From assembly GCA_965215515.1 (NCBI GenBank), contig OZ244057.1, positions 1,792,001 through 1,856,000 on the forward strand: a stretch of 64,000 bases of DNA, in the 5' to 3' direction. Shown piece by piece: positions 29,170-39,276 of this stretch. This DNA comes from Oligoflexales bacterium (GTDB taxonomy: Bacteria > Bdellovibrionota_B > Oligoflexia > Oligoflexales > JAPPIL01). Position 1 is the stretch's first letter, and every line of letters starts with the position of its first letter. The notes below the pieces were generated by a model that was given only the letters and a program-made list of their open reading frames with translations, was not told the origin of the DNA and did not search any database. Position numbers and translations under genes: made by a program.

Positions 29170-29955
29170 ATGCGAGAGCACATCCCCCACCCGCAACGAG
29201 TCAGCCTTACTTGGTTCGTTGGCACAGGTCGGACGCGTTTTTTGTCGGTGCGTGTTGTGCACCTCAGGGCGTTGGCGCTGTTTGCTGCGGCACTGGTGCT
29301 GTGGGGGGGGCTGTCCCTGTACTTCATCTTCGGCTTGGTACGAGAGACGGCGCAACTACAGGGCATTCTGCAAAATTCGCTCACGGCCTTGTTCGATTAT
29401 CAAAGTCGTTACGATGGGGTTTACGAGCTGGCTTATCAGATAACACCGCCTGTCTCGCCGTCTTCTGCCCCCACGGTCGTTGCGACCAGCTCCCCCGCGC
29501 CCCCTACTCCCCTCAAACCTCTGCATGTGCGCAGAGCACTGCCCGATCCCCAACTGGCCAGCGGTGAGCGCAAGGACTGGCCCTTGTTGGTGAAGCAACC
29601 GTTGTTCACCGCGACAGGGAAAGAGTTTGTGTTGCAGGTACAGCTGCGCAACGCCCACAAAGGCAGGAAAACCGTGCGTGGCGAGATCACGGCACAGGCC
29701 AAGCTCGTGCGTAGCGATGGCCAAGAACTGCTACTATCCCCTGCGCAACAAGGCAGCGGCAAGTACCGCATCAAAAACCGCAAAACCCAAACCTTCGGCT
29801 TCGTGCTCCCCCCCGCCAGCGCGGGACGTATCGTGCATATCAGCATCAAGATGCGCAACGCCGCCAAGCAGCGTGCGACTTGGCTGCTGCCGATAAACGT
29901 GCCCTATACCACCGCTCCCTCCCGCCTGACACTCAGCAAGAGCATCTCGCCCTAA
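29170..29955 (+). CDS. hypothetical single-pass membrane protein
   Basis: N-terminal TM helix, Pro/Ser linker, beta-rich C-terminus; AGGAGG RBS. Confidence 0.6.
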   Translation: MREHIPHPQRVSLTWFVGTGRTRFLSVRVVHLRALALFAAALVLWGGLSLYFIFGLVRETAQLQGILQNSLTALFDYQSRYDGVYELAYQITPPVSPSSAPTVVATSSPAPPTPLKPLHVRRALPDPQLASGERKDWPLLVKQPLFTATGKEFVLQVQLRNAHKGRKTVRGEITAQAKLVRSDGQELLLSPAQQGSGKYRIKNRKTQTFGFVLPPASAGRIVHISIKMRNAAKQRATWLLPINVPYTTAPSRLTLSKSISP

Positions 29956-30044
29956 CTTCCTCGTCCTCTATCCTCCGCAGCTCGTCTTCGCACAACACTT
30001 GTGCTACAATTTTTTTAGATGCGCTACATTCACGTGAGGAAGGC

Positions 30045-31097
30045 ATGAACGCATTTATTTTGTTTTTAATTTTGTTTACTTTTGCTTGTGAAAACAGAGA
30101 TCGTCGCTACTTTTACTATAAAGATCGAGATGATGACTATCGTGCCGTTATCAGCAGAATCAGGGATGTAGGGGTGAACAGGCGTTTTGACGTGCGGGCA
30201 ACACTCAAGGATCACCGCAATGATACCTTCACGGCGCGCACGGAAGTGGAGTTGCTCTTGATTGGCGGTAATCGTAACGCCGAGTTGCGTGGTGACACGG
30301 AGAGAAAGACTACCCGCGGGAGGGTTACCTTTTCTAATTTGCGTATCGATCGCGGAGGAAGAAATTATCGTCTAAGGTTAACCTTTGAGATCGATGATGA
30401 AATTTACTACAGTAGGAGTAATTATTTTGATGTGATTGATGACGATGATTATGACGATGATGGTATTTCTATTGGAGGGTCACTGTTCAGTGTGGAGATG
30501 GATGGTTTGCCTGACCGTATCGAAGCGGGACGGGCGTTGCCTGACTTAACTTTTACCATGAAGATGCTCGGGAACGAGAGCACTGGCGGAACGGTAACGC
30601 TTAAAGTACGAGATACACGAGGCGCTAAGCGTGACGATGCTTTGCTGGTATGGCGCAACCCTTCCCTCAGTGCTGGTGTCAGTAGCGGCAAGGCGGTGTT
30701 TACGGAAGCTTTTTTTACTCAGGAGCTCGATGAAGGTGCGGAACTGATTGCCCGAGCGGTGCGTTTTGTGGGCACAGAAGAATTTTATTTGCCTCGTGTC
30801 CGTCCTGCGGTGATCACGGCAGATGTGAGTCGCGTTACGGTGAGTATGGGCAACACCCAGGTATACGCTGTTCTGCGCATCGATGATCTGCCCTGTGTGA
30901 ACTGCACTGTAAACTCCTACCTTGTCGGTGGCGATAAAGTCAAAGATGCGGCTGTGACAACCACCGACAACAACGGCATGTTCGTTGCCACCATCGCTGA
31001 TTGGGTTTGCATAACGGGCAGGTCTTATCAGGGGGCGGTGAAAGTTTTTCACATGCGCAGCAACTACTATACCATGCTGCGCGCTAACTGCGGCTGA
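30045..31097 (+). CDS. hypothetical lipoprotein with Ig-like domains
   Basis: MNAFILFLILFTFAC lipobox; GRVTFSNLRIDRGGRNYRL and GKAVFTE motifs; acidic linker. Confidence 0.7.
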   Translation: MNAFILFLILFTFACENRDRRYFYYKDRDDDYRAVISRIRDVGVNRRFDVRATLKDHRNDTFTARTEVELLLIGGNRNAELRGDTERKTTRGRVTFSNLRIDRGGRNYRLRLTFEIDDEIYYSRSNYFDVIDDDDYDDDGISIGGSLFSVEMDGLPDRIEAGRALPDLTFTMKMLGNESTGGTVTLKVRDTRGAKRDDALLVWRNPSLSAGVSSGKAVFTEAFFTQELDEGAELIARAVRFVGTEEFYLPRVRPAVITADVSRVTVSMGNTQVYAVLRIDDLPCVNCTVNSYLVGGDKVKDAAVTTTDNNGMFVATIADWVCITGRSYQGAVKVFHMRSNYYTMLRANCG

Positions 31098-31125
31098 TTA
31101 CCTGCCTCACTTTCTCGCGCAAGAA

Positions 31126-32064
31126 TCACTTAGATATAGGTGATTCAAAGTCTTCGTCTGCACCTTGCATAATGTAGGTATCGGTGAAAGGATCGCCTGT
31201 TTTGCTATCGTATTTTTGTTGATAACGATACATTTGTTTTTCATCGATAGATACAATTTCAGCACGAGCCTTATTACGAAGATGGCTTGCTGCCGAGTAG
31301 TTGCGCACTATCTTACTGAATTTAGCACGGGCTTTCCGCAAGTTTTTTTTGCCGTAACGATAGACAAGTGCGAGATGAAGCATAATTTCATCGCTGGTGG
31401 CGATATCTAATCCGTCTTCAAAAGCCTCAATTGCATCATCGAATTTGTTGCGCAGATAATAAGCAATACCCATGCCGAGATATGCAGATTGGCAATCACT
31501 ACAACGTGTGATCACTTCTTTAAAAGTCTCATGCGCGTAAAAGGAGTTTTTGGCACGTAGATAGAGAAAACCTAAATTCAAACCGCTGGCGACCTCTGTG
31601 TTCGAACGATAAAAAGCATGTCTAAAAATTGCCGCGGCTTTTTTAAAATCATTGTCATTTCTGGCATTATACAGTGTGCACAGACCGAGCACATTTTGTG
31701 CCGCGGCATTGGTATTGTTCAAGCGCAATACCTTGTGAGCATAGAAGCGTGCACTGCGATATTTTTTTTCCATGAACAGGGCACTGGCATATAGGGTTAG
31801 TAAACGTTCATTGCCAGGCTTTGACGCTAAGCGATTTTTAATCTTAAGGCTGGCAACATTCCAACGCCCTCTGGCAAGGATATCGTTGATAGGATCATCG
31901 TCAGAATAACTAAAATCAAGCCAAGCGCTACTGCCTTTGTTAGCATAGGAGGGAGAAGTCTTGCCACCTGATTTTACAATGCGGTAGTCCTGCGACTTAA
32001 ACATCGTGGTGCAACTAAGCGATACGGTTGCAATAGTGAGTAAATAAAAAAACTGCATTAGCAT
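31126..32064 (-). CDS. TPR lipoprotein
   Basis: SLSC lipobox; TPR helices (AQNVLG, GLNLG, AYLGMG). Confidence 0.8.
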   Translation of the reverse strand: MLMQFFYLLTIATVSLSCTTMFKSQDYRIVKSGGKTSPSYANKGSSAWLDFSYSDDDPINDILARGRWNVASLKIKNRLASKPGNERLLTLYASALFMEKKYRSARFYAHKVLRLNNTNAAAQNVLGLCTLYNARNDNDFKKAAAIFRHAFYRSNTEVASGLNLGFLYLRAKNSFYAHETFKEVITRCSDCQSAYLGMGIAYYLRNKFDDAIEAFEDGLDIATSDEIMLHLALVYRYGKKNLRKARAKFSKIVRNYSAASHLRNKARAEIVSIDEKQMYRYQQKYDSKTGDPFTDTYIMQGADEDFESPISK

Positions 32065-32067
32065 GCC

Positions 32068-35040
32068 TCATTTAGAAAATTGAAAGAAATTAGAGCTGTC
32101 CAAGTTTTGGAAATCGAGGGCGTTCTTAGCTAACCAGGTAATTTGGTCCGCGACCAAAGGGGTAGCTTTTCCAGATCGTGTCATCCGCATCGATGTATCA
32201 TGGGCATGACGAATGGTATTTTTGATGGTATTTACCATGTTATTTTTTTTGCGTACAAATGGATCAACTATGTGCCCTGATAGGGTGTCTGCGATATTTA
32301 TCTTCTCTATATTGACAAGATATTTTTCGCTAAAGCGCGCTAGTTGGTAGAGGGCATTGATACAGATAGTGCTGCGGTTTAGCTCACAAACGCGTTCATA
32401 GGTAGCCTTGCCCTTGTTGAAGGGCAAAAATTTTTGTTGTAAATAGCCTTGGATGTTTTTAGATTGCAACACTTCGTGTTCCTTAACTTCGGGAATAAAT
32501 ATTTTCCGTGCCTTGACCAAAGTAATCAAGGCAAGTGCATCGTTGAAGAAACGCTTATTGCTGGCAAAAATTCGTTCACGAAGAATTTGTTTTTCAAGTA
32601 GTAGTAGTTGCTTATAATCGTGTACAGCAACTTTGTCTAGTTGTCTTTTACCGATAGTTAGAGCTACCTTGTAGTAGTAGGCGCGTCCCAAATCATCGTT
32701 GCTAGCGATGTTTGCGGTGATGACATTATTAATTTTTGTCGTGGCATTTTTGATACTGCCGTGTCTGAATTCCAGCTCAATCGCTTGCATCGCCGCTTCT
32801 GTACGTTGAGCTGCGTTCAGGTGTAACGATTTTTGTAGTAACGATAACTCACTGATGGCTGCGTAGTAATTGCCTTGTGACTGATACAAAGCGATTAGCT
32901 TTTTCCTGACACGTGGTTCGGCGCGATCATTTTGGTAATTTTTTAAAAAGCGATTGTAAAAGTAGACAGCGTGATTTTCCTCTGCCATGATACCTGCGTA
33001 GTGTCCACCTTCCAACAAGGCTTGGCGCAGGTGTTTTGCGCGGGGATAGTTTACCACATAATCGGTCAAAGTTGTGAAAAAACTCTCGAATTGTTTTGTT
33101 TTTTTGTACAACCTAGCCAATTGCCAGGTGACAAATTCAAGTCGTGGTGCTCTTCGGAAGGTTTTGTATTCAGAAAATTTAGCGATAGCAATTTTATCTA
33201 GCCCCTTCTGTTGTGCAATAATGCCTTGTTGCAGTAAAGCTTTAGCTAGCTTGTCGTCAACATTACCTTGTTTGAGGGGAATTTTTACTTCTCTTTCCAG
33301 CAAGAGGCGGGAAATTTTTTCCAGTGAGACCCAGCGTTGTTCAGTTTCGTACCAATCTAACAAATATGCGGAAGCTCTTCTTGCATTAGCATGATCAGAA
33401 TCAGCAACGACGGCTCTGTTCCATAACACTGCGGCGGTGCTGCTTTTATCAGCCGCGATAAGCAGCAAGCCGAGATGTGCTTTGCTTTGCCAATCAACTT
33501 CAGGATGCAAGCTATCGAGTTTGCGGTACATGCCACGCAATGAGTGATAATCATTGATATGTTTGGCAGGAATTGTCAGCCGTGTATCGAAGCGTGGCTC
33601 GGCACTATAATTTAAGTAAGTGCTTTGCGCGGTGATTGCCCTATGCAAATATTTTTTCTTGTGTTCAGTATCTCTAACCAGTACCATCCAAGTGTCAGCA
33701 CTGCGTTCATGTGCGTTCATTTTTGTGTAGACCGCCGCAACGTTCTCATAGGCGAGCACTTTTTGGTCAGGGTAAATAGATACTAGACGTTTAGCAATAG
33801 CGATTGCTTGCTGTTTCCTTTTTACAGGGTAGTTGGCAGCTTGTGCTCTAGTAAGCTCTTGCGTAACGAACTTGCTGTGCACTTGCTTGAGATATGCAGC
33901 TGCCAAACCACCGAGTGGTGGTTGTTTATTCTTTTTTTGTTCCGCAAGATAATCACGATGCAAGCGATGCAGAGCATTGTCAAAATGCTTGCTATTACGA
34001 GCTTCGACGGTGTGCATCTTTGCCAACAGCAGATACTGCTTGTAGAGCTTTTGGCGATACTCTTTAACATGTGTATCTTTTGCTAATTTGTAATAAGCAT
34101 CGATAGCACGGCGATTGCGTCCTTGATGCCAGTCACTGAGTGCCGCACGTTCGATCAATGCTCTCGTTGCCTTGAGGTTGCGAAAATTTTGTAGCTTAAT
34201 AGGGGGTGTATTCCAATTTTGCTTATTCCCACTTGCTCTGCGCCACAACCTTACACTAAAGACCAGCAATTCACGCTTGTGATGTTTAGATAGTGCAGCT
34301 GCTCGTGCTGAAGCTTTATAGAGTGCATCGTTAGATTTTGCTTGTGGCTGCGATGTTGCCATCGCTTCACCTAGATAGGCGACGATCGCGATGTTACGAT
34401 TGTTAGCACGTTGGTAGCGGCGCAGCGTTTTTATGTCGATAGGCGATTGCTGTAAAGCAACTAATAATCGTGCTCTCTGTTGTAATCTTTGTGGTAGCAA
34501 ACGATAGTCACTGCGTGCTAATTCATCGACGATAGCATGTCTAGTTGCGGCAGTGTTGGCGAGAAAATAACGTGCCATGTGTTTGTGATAAAGAATATGT
34601 GCAACACTTTTCTTGCTTTTCGCTTGGGGCAAAAGCTTGTTGGCAAGGGCGACGATGTTTCTACGTGTTGCGTGCACTCTGTTACGCACTTCTTGTCTCT
34701 CGCGTACATCTTCTAGTTTGCCGTGTATAGTTTGTACATCTCGGTGCAGCAACTTAGCGTAAGCTGTGAGTAGTTCGGCAAGTAGCATCCTAGCAGTGCT
34801 GCGTTTGGTGTCGCGCAATTCTTTCTTCAACTTATTTATTTGTTTTATAAATTTTTTTGCTGGTGCTGTGTTTTGTCGTGAGTTTTTGTCTGCCAGCAGT
34901 GCTACCTCTAATAAAGGAATGTGGGCTACTTTATCATCAGCAAGCGGTATGATCGGTGTGATTCGTCGTTTATTGTTGTTCGACCAGTTGTTAAAGCCTA
35001 CCAGCACTGAAGCGATGGTCAGCAAATACAGAAATTTCAA
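32068..35040 (-). CDS. large secreted TPR/alpha-solenoid protein
   Basis: 990 aa, signal peptide, all-helical TPR-like pattern; TTG start with AGGA RBS. Confidence 0.75.
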   Translation of the reverse strand: MKFLYLLTIASVLVGFNNWSNNNKRRITPIIPLADDKVAHIPLLEVALLADKNSRQNTAPAKKFIKQINKLKKELRDTKRSTARMLLAELLTAYAKLLHRDVQTIHGKLEDVRERQEVRNRVHATRRNIVALANKLLPQAKSKKSVAHILYHKHMARYFLANTAATRHAIVDELARSDYRLLPQRLQQRARLLVALQQSPIDIKTLRRYQRANNRNIAIVAYLGEAMATSQPQAKSNDALYKASARAAALSKHHKRELLVFSVRLWRRASGNKQNWNTPPIKLQNFRNLKATRALIERAALSDWHQGRNRRAIDAYYKLAKDTHVKEYRQKLYKQYLLLAKMHTVEARNSKHFDNALHRLHRDYLAEQKKNKQPPLGGLAAAYLKQVHSKFVTQELTRAQAANYPVKRKQQAIAIAKRLVSIYPDQKVLAYENVAAVYTKMNAHERSADTWMVLVRDTEHKKKYLHRAITAQSTYLNYSAEPRFDTRLTIPAKHINDYHSLRGMYRKLDSLHPEVDWQSKAHLGLLLIAADKSSTAAVLWNRAVVADSDHANARRASAYLLDWYETEQRWVSLEKISRLLLEREVKIPLKQGNVDDKLAKALLQQGIIAQQKGLDKIAIAKFSEYKTFRRAPRLEFVTWQLARLYKKTKQFESFFTTLTDYVVNYPRAKHLRQALLEGGHYAGIMAEENHAVYFYNRFLKNYQNDRAEPRVRKKLIALYQSQGNYYAAISELSLLQKSLHLNAAQRTEAAMQAIELEFRHGSIKNATTKINNVITANIASNDDLGRAYYYKVALTIGKRQLDKVAVHDYKQLLLLEKQILRERIFASNKRFFNDALALITLVKARKIFIPEVKEHEVLQSKNIQGYLQQKFLPFNKGKATYERVCELNRSTICINALYQLARFSEKYLVNIEKINIADTLSGHIVDPFVRKKNNMVNTIKNTIRHAHDTSMRMTRSGKATPLVADQITWLAKNALDFQNLDSSNFFQFSK

Positions 35041-35207
35041 TGTCCTGTCCTCTCAAATTGACAATGCGCGAAAAATTTTCGCCGCACTACCCTGTGCAAT
35101 AAGTGTTCCGCTGGTAATCATTGACAAAATTTCCTTCTCGGGGTGTCACTAGCACCGACATTGTTTATTTTTTTGACACTTTAAATTTTGCGCGTCTCTC
35201 GGCCGTC

Positions 35208-35234
35208 TTATCGGTGGATAGTAGCTAAAATTTG
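35208..35234 (-). promoter_or_regulatory. sigma28 (FliA)-type promoter candidate
   Basis: CAAATTTT-N11-ACCGATAA upstream of the TPR pair. Confidence 0.6.
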
Positions 35235-35327
35235 AGTTCGCAGGTGGGGTTCTTTCCTTCTTCCTCTTTTCTTTTTCATCTGGGGGGTGTCGGGGGCGTA
35301 GTCTCTGACGTTATTGAGTTTTTGCTC

Positions 35328-35369
35328 CAACTTTTTGCAAAAAGTTGTGCGGGGTTTGGGCGCGCCCAA
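35328..35369. repeat. two perfect palindromes downstream of uvrC
   Basis: CAACTTTTTGCAAAAAGTTG (35328-35347) and TTGGGCGCGCCCAA (35356-35369). Confidence 0.7.
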
Positions 35370-35380
35370 GTATCCTTTGT

Positions 35381-37195
35381 TCATCCTGTGATTTTTTCTT
35401 TAATTGCGTGTGCCACGCGCTTTGACATACCTGGTATGGTCAGCAAATCTGTGATGCTTGCTTGTTGCAGGGCGGCACGGGTGGAAAATTTTTGCAGCAG
35501 GCGTTGGTGCAGCACTTTGCCTACGCCAGGGATATCGGTCAGGGGCGAGGCATGGCTGATTTTGCTGCGCAGGCGGCGGTGATAGGCGCGTGCGAAGCGG
35601 TGGGCTTCATCGCGGAGGTGCGTCAAAATTTTGAATGCAGGTGATGTCGGTGGTAAGGGCAGAGCTGTGTTGCGGGAGGGGATAAAAACTCGTTCACCTT
35701 TGTCGTGTGTATATGCCACGGAGTGTTGTCGGCGGTTTTTAGCCAGCGCGGCTAGGGCAATGTCTGTATAGCCCCATGCGGTGCATGCTTGTTGTGCCGC
35801 GTGTAGTTGTCCTTTCCCACCGTCGATGAGCAATAAGTCAAAATGGTCGTCATCGCGTGCGAGACGCGTTAATCTGCGCCGCACAACTTCCGCAATCGCG
35901 CCGTAGTCGTCGGGTTTCGTAGCTGTCTCAGCCAGCTTGTATCTGCGATAAAGGTCGGGCTGCGGTTTGCCATCGCTAAAGCACACTAACGAGGCAACGA
36001 TGGCGCTGTGTTGAAAATTAGAAATATCAAGACATTCGATACGGTGCGGCAAATGCTTGAGTTTGAGTAGTTCTTGCACCGCGCGTAATTCCGCGTCATA
36101 ATCTCGTCCACCTTGTCGCAATTGAAAGATGGCGTTTTTATGCGCTAAGGCTAATAAACGCCCCTCATCACTTGTGCTGTTAGTGTCTGTGTTTACAACT
36201 ACAGTGCAATTGCGTGCCTGCAAGGCAGCGAACAACACTTGCTCCAACGAAAAAGGCAGCAAGATGTGTGCAGGCAGGGGACGATGTTCGTAATATTGTA
36301 AAAGAAACTCTGCCAGTACTTGCTCTTTGTTTTCTAACAAGCTCATGACACGAAAATAATCATGTCCTAAGATGCAGCCGTCACGCACCGTTAATACATA
36401 TAACAAGGCTTTAGCACAATGAATGTCGATGCCAAACACATCGGCATCTATGTCGCTGCTTAGTACTACTGTGCGTTTTTGGGTGGCATGTTGTAAAGCT
36501 TGCATTTGGTCGCGCAGACGTGCTGCCAATTCAAACTTTTCCTCCTGTGCTGCCTGTCGCATTGCCTTGTCTAAATTTGTGGCAACTGCATGTGTTTTGC
36601 CATGCAGCACATCCATTACGCGTGCCATCATGTGCAGATAGTCTTGACGCGGCACATGGAAATGGCAAGGAGCAAGACACATCTTCATTTGATAATAATT
36701 GCAGGGACGTGTCACGTGTTTAAACTGATAGCGTGAACATCTGACCAGCGGAAAAACCCGCTGCACAAGATTAAGCAATAAGTTTAAATTTTTGACGCTG
36801 CCATAAGGGCCGAAATAAACTGCCTCATCGTCTTTTTTTTGTCGCACTTTTTCAAGGCGCGGCCATTGTTCTTGCAGATTAATTCGTAGCCAAGGGAATT
36901 CTTTGTCATCCCGCAAGAGTACATTGTAGCGTGGCTTTTGATGTTTAATTAACGTGCGTTCGAGTAACAATGCCTCGATCTCATCGCTGGTAAGGATTAT
37001 CTCAAAATCACAAACTTCTTTCACTAATGCTTTGATTTTTAAATTGGCAATTGTCGCGACAAAATAAGTACGTAAACGATTGCGCAGATTTTTAGCTTTA
37101 CCTACATAGATAATTTTGCCGCGATGGTTTTTCATCAAGTAGACCCCGCTTTGTGTGGGCATAGTGCTGGCTTTATGGTGAAGGGGGTTAGTCAT
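35381..37195 (-). CDS. uvrC: excinuclease ABC subunit C
   Basis: GIY-YIG (GVYLM...YVGKAKNLR), ECLDISN, LIDGGKGQ, RDEAHRFA, HhH. Confidence 0.97.
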   Translation of the reverse strand: MTNPLHHKASTMPTQSGVYLMKNHRGKIIYVGKAKNLRNRLRTYFVATIANLKIKALVKEVCDFEIILTSDEIEALLLERTLIKHQKPRYNVLLRDDKEFPWLRINLQEQWPRLEKVRQKKDDEAVYFGPYGSVKNLNLLLNLVQRVFPLVRCSRYQFKHVTRPCNYYQMKMCLAPCHFHVPRQDYLHMMARVMDVLHGKTHAVATNLDKAMRQAAQEEKFELAARLRDQMQALQHATQKRTVVLSSDIDADVFGIDIHCAKALLYVLTVRDGCILGHDYFRVMSLLENKEQVLAEFLLQYYEHRPLPAHILLPFSLEQVLFAALQARNCTVVVNTDTNSTSDEGRLLALAHKNAIFQLRQGGRDYDAELRAVQELLKLKHLPHRIECLDISNFQHSAIVASLVCFSDGKPQPDLYRRYKLAETATKPDDYGAIAEVVRRRLTRLARDDDHFDLLLIDGGKGQLHAAQQACTAWGYTDIALAALAKNRRQHSVAYTHDKGERVFIPSRNTALPLPPTSPAFKILTHLRDEAHRFARAYHRRLRSKISHASPLTDIPGVGKVLHQRLLQKFSTRAALQQASITDLLTIPGMSKRVAHAIKEKITG

Positions 37196-39171
37196 TTTAA
37201 CAACATCAGGCGTAGGGTTTGGATTTCGTCCCGTAACTCAGCGGCTTTCTCAAAATCAAGTGATGCGGCTGCTTTACGCATAGCGCGTGTCTTGCGCACG
37301 ATGCTTTTTTCAACTTCACTGCTACTGACCGCCGCGGTTGCTGCTGTTGCGGGTTGTCTGAGGCCAAAAATTTCGCGCAAATCTTGCGGTAAGTCTTTGG
37401 TGACGGTGCGCGGGGTGATCTTGTGTTTACGGTTGTGAGCCAGCTGTAAGGCACGACGGCGTTCAGTTTCGGCGACACAGGAATTTATCGATTGTGTGCG
37501 GCGATCGGCATAAAAAATTACTCGTGCCGCCTCATTACGTGCGGCCCGCCCGACGATTTGAATCAACGAAGTCCTAGAACGCAAGAAACCTTCTTTATCG
37601 GCATCCATCACCGCTACCAACTGTACTTCTGGTAAGTCAAGACCTTCGCGCAAAAGATTGATACCGACCAGAACATCATATTCTCCTTTACGTAAATCCC
37701 TGAGCAACGCGGCACGCGCAAGGCTGTCAATGTCAGCATGCAAATAGCGAATTCTTGCCCCAAAATCTTGATAATAACGGGTAAGTTCCTCCGCCATTTT
37801 TTTAGTCAGAGTGGTTACTAAGACACGACCTTTAGCTTGTACCGTTTTGTTAATTTCACCGAGAAAATCATCTATCTGCCCACGTGCGGGGCGTATCTCA
37901 ATCTGCGGGTCAACCAAACCTGTGGGGCGAATAATCAACTCGCTATAACGCCCGTTAGCCTGCTGCTGTTCCCATGCTGCAGGAGTGGCAGAAATGTAAA
38001 GGAGCTGGTCAGTTCTAGCGAGGAACTCCACAAAATTTAAGGGACGATTGTCCAGTGCAGAAGGTAAACGAAAACCATGATCAACCAGTGTTTGTTTGCG
38101 AGAACGATCACCGAAGAACATGCCACGCAGTTGTGGCACCGCGATGTGGCTTTCATCGATGATAGTCAAAAATTTTTGCGGAAAATAATCGAGTAGCGTC
38201 GGTGGTGGCTCGCCAGGAGCAACGCCTGTGAGATAACGAGAATAATTTTCAATACCAGGGCAAAAACCGAGCTGCTCCAGCGTCTCCACATCTTGTAAGA
38301 TGCGTTGCTCAAGCCTTTGATATTCAACGAGTTTACCTGCATTTTTGAATTCACGTAAACGCACACCGAGATCGGCGAGAATTTCTTGCACAATGGCACT
38401 GAGCTTAGTACGCTCAGTAATATAATGACTGTTGGGGTAGAGAGTGAGGCGATCAACTGCCTGTAGTTCTTTGCCACTTAAAACATCAAGCGTGGTAATG
38501 CTTTCGATGTGGTCGCCGTAAAATTCAACACGTATTGCCTCTCGATCCTGATGGGCCGGCAAAATATCAACTACATCACCGCGAACCCGAAAATTTCCTC
38601 GTCCCAAATCATAATCGTTGCGAGTATATTGAATATCGATCAACTCGCTGAGTAAGGTATTGCGTGCTAGCTCCCGTCCTACCTGCAAAGGACACACTAA
38701 CTGTGCGTAGTTCTCAGGCGACCCCAAGCCATAGATGCAACTTACGCTGGCGACAATAATTGTGTCTTTGCATTCAAACAAAGCACGGGTTGCTTGGTGA
38801 CGCATTTTGTCGATATCATCGTTAATCGACGCGTCTTTGGCAATATAGGTGTCGGTATTTACCACATAAGCTTCGGGCTGATAGTAGTCGTAGTAGCTGA
38901 TAAAAAACTCGACATGATTGTGTGGAAAAAATTCTTTCAACTCGGTAAACAACTGTGCAGCCAGTGTTTTATTGGGAGCAATGATCATCGCGGGACGGTT
39001 GTAGTGTGCGATGATACTGGCAACGGTGAAGGTTTTGCCTGAACCCGTTACGCCGAGAATGCCCTGATGCTTTTTCTCCTGCCGCAAATGCCGCAAAGTC
39101 TGCTCGATGGCACGTGGCTGGTCACCCGCCGCAGCGAAAGGTGCGTTGAGTTTGAAGATAGAATCAGACAT
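37192..39171 (-). CDS. uvrB: excinuclease ABC subunit B
   Basis: GVTGSGKT, YYDYYQPEAY, DESH, GINLLREGLD, UVR domain. Confidence 0.98.
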   Translation of the reverse strand: MSDSIFKLNAPFAAAGDQPRAIEQTLRHLRQEKKHQGILGVTGSGKTFTVASIIAHYNRPAMIIAPNKTLAAQLFTELKEFFPHNHVEFFISYYDYYQPEAYVVNTDTYIAKDASINDDIDKMRHQATRALFECKDTIIVASVSCIYGLGSPENYAQLVCPLQVGRELARNTLLSELIDIQYTRNDYDLGRGNFRVRGDVVDILPAHQDREAIRVEFYGDHIESITTLDVLSGKELQAVDRLTLYPNSHYITERTKLSAIVQEILADLGVRLREFKNAGKLVEYQRLEQRILQDVETLEQLGFCPGIENYSRYLTGVAPGEPPPTLLDYFPQKFLTIIDESHIAVPQLRGMFFGDRSRKQTLVDHGFRLPSALDNRPLNFVEFLARTDQLLYISATPAAWEQQQANGRYSELIIRPTGLVDPQIEIRPARGQIDDFLGEINKTVQAKGRVLVTTLTKKMAEELTRYYQDFGARIRYLHADIDSLARAALLRDLRKGEYDVLVGINLLREGLDLPEVQLVAVMDADKEGFLRSRTSLIQIVGRAARNEAARVIFYADRRTQSINSCVAETERRRALQLAHNRKHKITPRTVTKDLPQDLREIFGLRQPATAATAAVSSSEVEKSIVRKTRAMRKAAASLDFEKAAELRDEIQTLRLMLLK

Positions 39172-39276
39172 CGGTTATTTTGTGTGCCAAGAAAGCACGA
39201 TACACATCACTTAAGCCTGGCACTCTCCAAGCTAGCACTCTGTTGTCCCCCACGTCAACGCCATTTTGCCCAGACT

